From Eremomyces bilateralis CBS 781.70 (Eukaryota): DNA of 64,000 nt. The stretch lies in assembly GCA_010015585.1 (NCBI GenBank), contig ML975158.1. The stretch is one strand, 5' to 3'. This document shows, in pieces, positions 23,201 through 32,724 of the stretch (position 1 is the first letter of the stretch; each line of letters begins with the position of its first letter). Made by a program: the position numbers and the translations under genes. The notes beneath the pieces were generated by a model. It was not told the DNA's origin. It searched no databases and saw only the letters and a list, made by a program, of their open reading frames with translations.

Positions 23201-25837
23201 CGCTTCCACCGACCAGCAAGGAATCCGATCAAGAGTACCAGCAGCTGTTCGAGCGGGTCAAGAAGTACCTGAATAACAAGACCCAGATGAACGAGTTCCT
23301 CAAACTTTGCTTGCTATGGAGCCGCGATGTTCTCGACACGGTGTTGTTTATCCATCGCGCGCATAGTTTCATCGGTGGCAACCCAGACTTGTTCAACCTG
23401 TTGAAACGCGCAGTCAGGTATGATGAGTGGAAGCGGATTTCGGACAGCACGAAAGGCAGCAGCAACGCCGTCATGGGTGCGAGAGCAGACCTGAACCGAT
23501 GCCGTGGCCTTGGACCTAGCTATCGACTCGTTCCGCTGCAGGTTACCACTGTACCCTGCGAGGGCCGAGATAATCTCTGTCGTGAAGTGCTCAATGACCA
23601 TTGGACATCCCATCCAACGTGGGCGTCCGAAGAATCGGGGTTCGTGGCGCACAAGAAGAACTCGTTCGAAGAACTGCTGCACCGCATCGAGGAGGAACGC
23701 CACGATTATGACTCGAATATCGAAGCGTTGGGCCGGACCGTTCAACTGCTCGAGCCCATTGCTCAGCACATCCGCCAGCTTCCACACGATCAGCGACATT
23801 CCTTCGTCCTTCCGCCGGGGCTGGGTGGACAGTCGCAGACCATCTACAAGCGCGTGATCATGAAGTTGTACGGACGCGAGACCGGCGCGAAGGTGATCGA
23901 CCATCTCTTCAAAGAGCCGTGGAAGGTCGTCGGCCCGCTGTTGCTCCGCCTCAAGCAGAAGTTCGAGGACTGGAACAACGCGCGGTACGAGTGGAATAAG
24001 ATCTGGCTGGATCTCACCAGCAAGAACTTCTGGAAGAGCCTGGACCATCAGAGTGCCGAGCAGAAGAAAGACAAGCGCGTGTTCCAGCCGAAGACGCTCC
24101 TGAATGATATCACGACTATCTACGACGAGCATCGGCGCCGCGCAACCGTCCATGGGATCAAGATCCCGGCGTATCAGTACAAGTTCTCCTTCACCGAAGC
24201 CGAGGTGGTGCTGGACGTCGCGTATCTGGTCGTCGTGTACGCGGAGACGAACAACCAGCTCGAAGCGCTGAAAGTGGAGACCTTCATGAAGGAGTTCCTC
24301 ACGACTTTCTTCGACTATGATAAGCAGCGCTTCGAAGCGCGCATGGCCGCGCGACGCGAGAACCGCGCGAACAACGGCGTCACCGCCGATAGTCCTGACA
24401 ACAAGGACGAGCAGCCTCCGCGGACGGCTCGCTCCAGAAACACCGAGCTGCTTCGCAAAGCCGTGGATCCGCGTCGTGCGGAGAAAGCGGCTGGCGAGCG
24501 CGACGAAAGTCCTGCGTCGGCGAGCCAGGCGACGTCGCCGAACGAGTCCTCGGCGCCCGACGACGATGTGGTCGAAACGAGCGAACAGCCGCCCGCGGAG
24601 GAGAGCGAGGTGGAGAACGCGATGAGCGCGGAGAAGTGGCTGAACACGCCGGACGGGCAGCTTCCGGCGGCGATGGACAAGAACACGCCGTACGTGCGCA
24701 AGATCTTTGACCTATACTGCAACCAGAACTTCTACTTCTTCTTCCGATGCTTCAATACGCTGTACGAGCGGCTGTGCAACATCCGGAATGATGAGGCCGA
24801 GGCGCGGCGGCAGGTCACGCATATGGAGCAGAATCTGGTCGCGAAGGACCTCAAGGTGTTCGAGAAGCTGGCGGCGGATTACTGGGAAGACATCTCAGAG
24901 ACGGCGAACTTCTACGAGCAGGTGGTCTTCATGCTCGAGCAGCAGCTCGTGGGCGACCTGCCGATGTCGGACATCGAGGATACCCTGCGGCGGTTCTACA
25001 TGCAGCACGGCTGGCAGCTGTACAACTTCGAGAAGCTCATTTCGAACTTGCACAAGTACGCGGCGACAGTGGCCGATACTGATGGGAAGGACAAGGAGAT
25101 CTGGAACTCGTTCAAGAAGGACCGGGCAAAGGTGGAAACGACGGCAGGGGAGCAGCTGGCGTACCGGACCCATGTCGAGAAGCAAATCAAAGAAGGCGAG
25201 CTCTTCTGTATATCATGGGTAAGTTATCTTTTTATTCGAATTCGTCCATACCATCTAACCCAACCAGAACACCGCCGACGAATCCGCCGGCGTCAAGATC
25301 GTCAAAACCGGCGACCTCACCTTCAACATGTCCGCCCTCAGCGAAGAAGGCCGCTTCGCCTTCTACATCCATGCCTTCTGCACCCTCAAGCCCACCGAAG
25401 GCGTCGACGTCGGCCGCGTCGCCTTCCCCCTCCTCCACCGCAGCCTCCCCCCCGACCTCGTCGAGCACGAGCGCGCCTACACCGACCGCATCCGCCGCGC
25501 CCGCATCCAGGAATCCCTCCAGGTCCACCTCAAGTCCGAGGACTATCATCTGCAGTTCAAGCCGCTAGGCGAGGAGTCGACTTTCCCGGGCGTCGCTGTG
25601 CCGTCCAGCGACGCGGGCGAGGGCGAGACGTATGTCCCATCGATGTATACGCCCGGGTTCGATGCGCCGCGGCTCGCGGACCCGGGGCGCGAGCGGCTGA
25701 TTCTGAATGCGCGATGGATGAAGGATCTGAGCACTGATGACGTCGGGGCGAGGAAGAAGGCGTTTCAGGATAAGATCGAGGGGCGGGTGGATGCGGAGGC
25801 GGAGGCGCAGGATGTGGAGATGGCGGATGCGGAGTGA
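20248..25837 (+). CDS. SIN3: Sin3 co-repressor (PAH1-3, HDAC-interacting domain, Sin3_C); exons 20248-20342, 20413-20486, 20558-21165, 21214-21314, 21420-22056, 22111-22584, 23116-25218, 25268-25837 (1553 aa)
   Basis: PAH1 [38 protein letters not shown]2 [68 protein letters not shown]. All seven introns have canonical signals and the frame is consistent throughout. Confidence 0.93.
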
Positions 25838-26403
25838 GGAGTGGATGAGAATCGTGCGTCCGGAGTCTGCGATCTATGAGTCGGGAGGTGAACAGTTCCT
25901 GCATTTTCGAGATATTCCTTTCATCCTTTCATCATCGCGATACGGCGTTCCGGGGCGGGCGGCAGACCTTTGTCGATGGGGTGAGGTAAACCGACATGCT
26001 CGGTTCATTGATGCCGAGACGATCCGCCGAAACCGTCGATGGAAGATGCGATTGTTATACATGCCGCACGAATGGGACACTCATGCAATACACGTAGAAT
26101 GGACGGATGAGGATCGACTCTCATGTATCAGTATTTTTCTTCCGGTCTGTAGCAATGGTTGAGGGTGGTTCAGTCAGCCAAGAGGCATGGAGGCAGGTGC
26201 ACGTGAACACGCGTTGGGTTCGTGGCGTCGTGACTGCCGTTTTTCGGTCTGCTTAGTTCATCGTCTGGTAATCCCGATTCCTCGTCGTATTTCAATTTCT
26301 CTTTCTCTTAGTCTTGTCCTAGTAGTAAAAGTCCAGTCCGTATCCCATCTTTCTGCCCGTATCCTAACATGTGAAAACCCCTTATACATCTTGCCTATCC
26401 ACC

Positions 26404-28814
26404 ATGTCCGTCACCCTCCTCCCTCCCCCCTCCCCCCAAGCCCCCCGCGCCCTCCGCTCCACCCAAACCATCACCACCACCCCCTCTGCCCTCAAAGAAC
26501 TGCTCGACAATGCCCTCGACGCCCGCGCCTCCTCCATCGCCCTCGACCTCGCCGCCGACTCCCTCTCCTCCCTCTCCGTCCGCGACAACGGCCACGGCAT
26601 CATCCCCGAGGACCGCCGCCTCGTCTGCCGCCGCCACTGCACCAGCAAGTTGCGGGATCTTGACGAGTTAAGTGAGGTGGGGAGAAAGTCGTTGGGGTTT
26701 CGCGGGGAGACGCTGGCGAGCGTGGCGGAGGTGAGTAGGGGGGTGAGGGTTAGTTCGAAGGTGGAAGGGGAGTCAGTGGGGCAGTGCTTTTGGTATGGGC
26801 CAGATGGGGAGCCGACGAGGTGGGTTGTGTGTCTTCGCGTGACGAGCTGGCGCTGATGTCGGTTCGTAGACATTCGCCGACGCCGCAGCCGGTGGGGACG
26901 ACGGTCCACGTTGAAGGCTTCCTCGAGCAGTTTCCGGTACAGAAGCAGGCTGCGCTGAAGACGGTTTCCAAAACGCATGCGACGATCAAGGCACTCTTGA
27001 AAATGTATGCCCTAGCGAGGCCCGGCGTCCGGCTTAGTCTATGCGTTTTGGAGACCCCTGACGGCAGCTGGTCCTACTCTCCTGCCGCGGAGCCAACGGT
27101 CCAGGATGCCGCAATGAAGCTCTTCGGCACCGCGCCGGTGGCCATGTGCGCCTGGGAAACCTTCCACCACGACCGCTACGAATTCCAAGCGCTTCTCCCG
27201 AGCCCCACAGCGACCGATCCACAGGCAGTTGACCGTCTTGGATCCTTTCTCTCGATCGATGCCAGACCCGTGTCATCAACCCGATGGCCCCAGAAGCAGC
27301 TCATCTCATTGTTTCGAGAGACGTTGAAGAGACAATGCCCGCAGTTCGCTGGCGCGAAGGATCCGCTGCTGGTGCTGAACGTGGTCTGCGAGGCGGGGAT
27401 CTACAATCCGAATGTGAAGCCGGCGAAGGATGATACACACTTTGACGGTGCCGCTGAAGTGCTCGGGGCGTTTCAGAAGTTTATGGTGCAGGTATATGGA
27501 GAAGACGCAGCTCAGCCATCTTCTGCGACAGATGTCGAGGCGACCGTGTCCTCGTCTCCTCTTCCGTCGATTTCTGGGGAAGCTCCCGCTCGAAATATAG
27601 GCCTGGCTGATGTTGGCAGCCCGAGCACGGCTTTTCCTATGACACCTTCGAGCGCTTTCCGAACATACCACCATACTCAGGAAATTCGTAATAACGTGGA
27701 CGGGGATACTCAACGCGAAGGCTCCAACTCAGCACTGAGTCAAAATCCTGACGCAACAGAATTGAATCCCTGGACTTTATCCCGACTAAATGCTCGGACA
27801 GGACTAATTGACAGTCTCGCACTTCAAATGACTACATCCCGACAGCATCTTAATCTCGTGAACAGGTCAGCCGTTCAACTCCCTTCGCCCAAGAACTTTC
27901 AAACCGTCCACAACCAAATGCCACCTTCGCCACGGGCGTCATCACCAGTTCGTATCGCCAGTCCTTATCCCTCCTACTCACTGCCGATCAAAGATCACCA
28001 ATCAAGCTCATCACCGTCTTCCCGCCGTGTCCTCTGCACATATGGCTCTGTTCGCTCGGCTCGAGGAAGAGGGGGGTTTAGCAACTTCGTTTCGGCTCGT
28101 AAGATGCGTGGATATGATAGAGGAAGCAATTCTACTCCAACGCAGTCAGTAATGGGACGCCCTCCACCTCGCAGCATGGGTAGATGGGGAATTCCAAGCC
28201 GTTCAGAACCGGATGGATCAACTTATCCACTCCGAAAGAGGCAACGGCAGACTCCACGCACCACAGCTGATCTCAGGACTGCTTTTCAGCCTTTGCAACA
28301 CGTCGCACATCCACCAGCTACGGTATTCAGTACACATAGTCATGGACCGGTAGCCACCTCAGAACAAATACAGCATCCATCACCATACCGTCCATTCTCC
28401 CAACCATCTTTCGCCGGATCAAACCGTCCAATCCCCAGTGCTAGCAGCGTCGAGCTTATGAGTAAACATGAACAAATTCCATCTCAGCAAAGACCAATCC
28501 TATCTGGTACCATTGCAACTGACAAACCAAGCGGCCTCCACAATCTACAACTGGCCATATCAGCCTCCCTCGATTGCATTCGCACATCGCTTCGCAAGCT
28601 GAACATCATCACTAACCGGATCCAGTGGGGATGGCCGGCTAGAGAATCATATTACGCTCTACAACCCCCGCCGGGTGGCATGGAACTGCAGAGAATGAAT
28701 GCTCGACTACATCGGTTGCTGGCTGAGAAGTATCCAGATATAAATCTCGATGGAAACCTCCAAATCGATCTGAAGGTCGCGTTCAGTTCGGGTGATGAGG
28801 TGCTGTTGCAGTGA
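26404..28814 (+). CDS. MutL-family mismatch repair protein (Mlh2-like: GHKL ATPase plus transducer domain, no C-terminal endonuclease motif); exons 26404-26819, 26870-28814 (786 aa)
   Basis: Motifs LKELLDNALDA, VRDNGHGI, HCTSKL, SLGFRGETLAS and GTTV. Intron GTGGGT..GCTGAT..TAG. No DQHA(X)2E(X)4E motif in the C-terminus. Confidence 0.8.
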
Positions 28815-29330
28815 AGGAAGTACCTCATCTGTTTATCAGTCACACTTCCTATTATGTTCTTCAGTTCCTTGCGCGTCTTTCTATCATAATAATTGTGTTC
28901 TCTTATATCTGGTATCGACCATATTTCGGCAGAACGAGTTTAGGAGCTGGGTTTAACACAAGCTTCGAGGAGTAATATCACATACCCTTCGTCTCGTATA
29001 TGGGGAGTTTCGCATGCTCATCAAAGCAACTCGGTCGATTAATTATCCTATGGATGGAATTCAAAAGGAACTCGGAATATCTAATGATAATTACGTGATC
29101 CATGCCAGCCTTAGGAACCTTTGACACCCCACATTTTCGTTTGGTAATCAGTTCCGTGATGACATTTATTATTGCGGGGATGAATTGGACTACGTCAGAA
29201 CCATAACACTGACATTAAAGTCGCTCTCTCTTCCCCGAATTCACTTCCTCTTTTCTCTTTTTTCAGACAACTATACGCTCCAAACCTACAAAAAGCACGC
29301 GAATTTCTCCTCAATAAGACGACTTCGACA

Positions 29331-30034
29331 ATGGCATTAGCGCCGAAGTTTGCCGGCCAGGCATTGGTCTCTGGAGGGCAGTCCTCCGTCCACACTCTCG
29401 AGCTCTGTATGATCCTCCCACAACTATTTATTCAGTAGCTCGAATGACAGTGACACCAATTACTGATTCTATTGCACCATGAACAGTCCTCGATTACGTC
29501 TGTCCCTTCTCTAAGAAGATGTTCCACACTGTCTATAACGATGTCGTCCCGTCGCTTCCACCCAAGATCTCCTCCAATGTCCGCATCATCCTGCGCCAAC
29601 AGATCCAACCCTGGCACCCGTCCTCGACACTCGTCCACGAAGCCGGCGTGGCGGTTCTGCAGCTCGCACCGGCCAAGTTCCCCGCGTTCTCCGCCGCGTT
29701 GTTCGATCAGCAAACCGAGTACTTCGACGTCAAGGTTGTGAACGAAGTGCGCAACGACACGTATCGACGACTGGCGAAACTGGCTGGCACGGTGGGCGTG
29801 GATGAGGGGAAGGTGTTGGACGCGTTACGGATCAGCGATCAGCCGGCGGCGGATGGGAGCACGAATACCGGGAACAAGGTGACGAATGATATCAAGCTGC
29901 TGGTGAAACAGAACCGGCTCGTCGGGGTCCATGTGACGCCGACTGTAATCTTCAATGGGATTGTGGAAAATAGCATCTCGAGCAGCTTCACGAAGGAGCA
30001 ATGGCTAGAGTGGTTGGAGAAGAACGTTGTCTGA
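29331..30034 (+). CDS. Thioredoxin-fold/DSBA-like protein with CxxS (CPFS) motif; exons 29331-29406, 29487-30034 (207 aa)
   Basis: MALAPKFAG..HTLELFLDYVCPFSKKMF, RQQIQPWHPSSTLVHEAG and GVHVTPTVIFNG (cis-Pro loop). Confidence 0.85.
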
Positions 30035-30202
30035 ACTGGCATGTTCACACGTCGTTCGTCCAGGCATAAGGTTAATGATTTGATGGAAAAGCTATATTAT
30101 GGGTATATTGCGTAGCAGCCCCTGAAATATACACGAAATCGACGCTCAGCTTCTCCTCGAACAACTTTCAAACAAGCTGGTGCGCAACGCAGCCACCAAT
30201 CC

Positions 30203-31226
30203 TCAGCTCGTTTCTGCCGGGTTTTTCTTCGGGAAATTCGGCTCAAGTGTATTAAGCCCGCTCATCTTCCGTAGGTAACCGTCCAACCATCCTTGGGGTA
30301 CGAATTTGGCTAATGCCCAGGCCAAGCTAGATGCCGATCCACGATATATCCGGGGCGACGGGTTCCCCAGCAAATCGCCGACCACTCGTTGCGCATAGAT
30401 ATCCACATCCAGGGGCTTCATGGTTTCGAACATCCATTCCCGCTTTTCGATTACGTCGCGAAGCGGGTAGTAGTAGCTCGTCGGTGGGATTAGCTGGTAT
30501 TCCGAGGGTTTCGGGGCCGGCGCCGATTCCTGGGATGCGGCCTCGGTTTCGGTGGGCGTCACGGCCGCCTCTTTGAAGTTCACCACGTTGCTCATGAACT
30601 TGGTCTTCACACTGCCCGTGACAATAGTGACGACCCTCACCCCGAGCGGCGCGAACTCCAGGCGCATGCTATCGCCCAGATTGGTGACGGCGGCCTTGGA
30701 GGCATTATACCAGGAGTGGTATGCGGACGGGATCCGATCGTTACCAGAGCTATTGTTCACAACGAGGCCGCGGGATTCAATGAGGAAGGGCATGAACGCC
30801 GACGTGACGATGAAGATGGAGAAGAGATTGGTCTCAAAGAGATTCCGAGCGGTAGATAGCTTGCTATCAGTAATCGGGACCATGTATCCTATATCACGGA
30901 TTAGCCTGCATTGTCCCACCCATCCCAATTCTAATTCCTCAATTCCACCTACCGGCCCCCGAGTTATTCACCAAGATATCCAACCGCTCCCCCGTCCGCC
31001 TCCCCACCTCCGCCGCCGCCCTCGCCGCGCTCTCCTCGTCCGTCACGTCCAGCTCTAGCAGCTCGATCGCCAGCTTCTCGAGGTGCGCCATCTTGCCCAC
31101 GTCGCGGGCAGTCGCGAACACGCGCAGACCGCGTCTCTTGAACTCTTGGGCGAGTGCATCGCCGATTCCGCCGGCGCTGCAGCCGGTGATGAGGACTGAG
31201 CGGGGGGGTTTGGAGGGGGATGTCAT
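30203..31226 (-). CDS. Short-chain dehydrogenase/reductase, Ayr1 (1-acyl-DHAP reductase)-like; exons 31226-30953, 30888-30203 (319 aa)
   Basis: Rossmann motif VLITGCSAGGIG, LDILVNNSG and catalytic YNASK. Intron GTAGGT..GCTAAT..TAG. Confidence 0.88.
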
Positions 31227-31397
31227 GATGTTTAAGGGTCCGGGGTAATTAGACTAAGCTCACTGTGGGTACGCTGTGAGAGGCCCAGCGAAGGTCTACA
31301 GTGGCGCTAATCACTGATGTCTTTGGTCAACTGAAATATCAAACAAAATTCAAAGGTTCTGGTTTCAAGTGAATGTGATGAACAGACCGACTTTAAA

Positions 31398-31854
31398 TCA
31401 AATATAAATTTTCGAGCTGAAGTGGTGGCCAGACCGGCATTGATATATGAACACGCATCTTAACATTTGAAATCATGACTACTCGGTCAATGCCCCGGAG
31501 ATAGGCCCGGTGCCTAATATCCAGATAGGCGGTTCCATGCCCTAAACACGGGCGGGTAGCCAACTCACTGGCGGGGGGCCAAAACGCAGGTGGAGGCAAC
31601 AAAACACCCGCGGAGTGACTACAACACCGGCGTAGGCCTGGATGGGTGCGGTACAAACCGCAGGGATTGCGGTTGGGGTTGGGGGGCAAGGTCTCGAAAA
31701 CCCCAACCGCACCCAACCACACCCATCCGAGTCCTACACCGGCGGGGGGCCAAGACACTGGACAGCAGGACCGGAGGGGGGAAGGGGCGCTAAATACGGG
31801 CGGGAAGAACTTTAAAGTTAGCACGCTAAACCCCGGTTTGAAATCAGGTTCAGC
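31398..31854. mobile_element. 457-bp GC-rich inserted segment flanked by 11-bp direct repeats (putative non-autonomous element, class unknown)
   Basis: CCGACTTTAAA at 31387-31397 and 31855-31865. Internal duplicated motifs GGCGGGGGGCCAA (x2) and CTAAAYACGGGCGGG (x2). Confidence 0.55.
31633..31736. mobile_element. 104-bp MITE with hAT-type structure
   Basis: Imperfect TIRs TAGGCCTGGATGGGTGCGGT / reverse complement TAGGACTCGGATGGGTGTGGT, with further internal palindromy. Perfect 8-bp TSD CACCGGCG at 31625-31632 and 31737-31744. Confidence 0.85.
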
Positions 31855-31877
31855 CCGACTTTAAAGACAAGGTGTGT

Positions 31878-32302
31878 ACACCGATGGAAGTGATCTAAAC
31901 GGACAAGTAGGAGCCGCCGCCTACTTCCCAACCAGACGTCAAGGGCGGATGAACTATATGGGGCCCCGGTCCGTAAGCAACATCTACGGCACCGATGTTG
32001 TATCTCTGATCAACATCAACAGTAAATCTCCACCGACACCGTGTGAAGACGGATAGTACCAACGTCCCAAAACAAACAAAGCCTAATGATAAAGTATCCC
32101 AGGCGGGAGTTATATTGCATTAACCTTCTCTCCTTGTAGAACCCTTACCATTGTCTATGGCCTTTCCTAGGGCTTTTTCCTATTTGTTTGATGCTATCCA
32201 GTTCTGGAGACGGTGAGGCTTCCCGCCTGTAACATAGAAATACCCAGCATAGCGGCTCTTAAAGCCAGCTGAAATGGAGTAGGGTTTCAAAAAAAAAAAA
32301 AA
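31878..32302 (+). mobile_element. 5'-truncated, internally deleted non-LTR retrotransposon (LINE) copy with RNase H fragment and poly(A) tail
   Basis: Encodes (V)YTDGSDLNGQVGAAAY..YMGPRSVSNIYG, the start of a LINE RNase H domain. A17 tail at 32289-32305. 15-bp TSD AAAGACAAGGTGTGT at 31863-31877 and 32303-32317, at a TT/AAAG site. Confidence 0.88.
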
Positions 32303-32724
32303 AAAGACAAGGTGTGTTCGCGGTTCAAATCGTGCGTATTCAATTTATCCATCTATCAATCCTCCTGGTCAGCCCACTTGCCATCCTATGCGAGAGAATA
32401 GACCCCCAATCTTAATGCAGCAAGGGGACTCTGGTATCATTACCGAACTCCTGGTGCCGGGAATTAGACTAACGAACGATGTGGGCTTCGACGTCGAGAT
32501 AAATCACGTCATTCACAATTCAGAATCATCAGATGTATGGAATGACATGCGGAGTTCGTTGTCTTGCGACGCAGTATAGTAAATGACTAGAAGCGTTCTT
32601 ATCTACGGGTAGCTAGAAGTACAAAAAAACAGAAACAATGCCCACACAATCTTATCCGTCCGTTCAAGAAATCATACCTCACCTCTCCCATCAAAGCCTC
32701 AAAGGTACCCCCCTAGGGAATCGA

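Noticed and set aside
29331..31226. Secondary-metabolite or other functional gene cluster (Trx-like + SDR; or gtaA + RIB7 + HET)
   Set aside because: No backbone enzyme, transporter or cluster transcription factor. The neighbours are functionally unrelated housekeeping genes.
32312..32340. GGTTCAAATC as the T-loop of a disrupted tRNA
   Set aside because: No 5-bp T stem, A box or cloverleaf can be built, even after removing the insertions.
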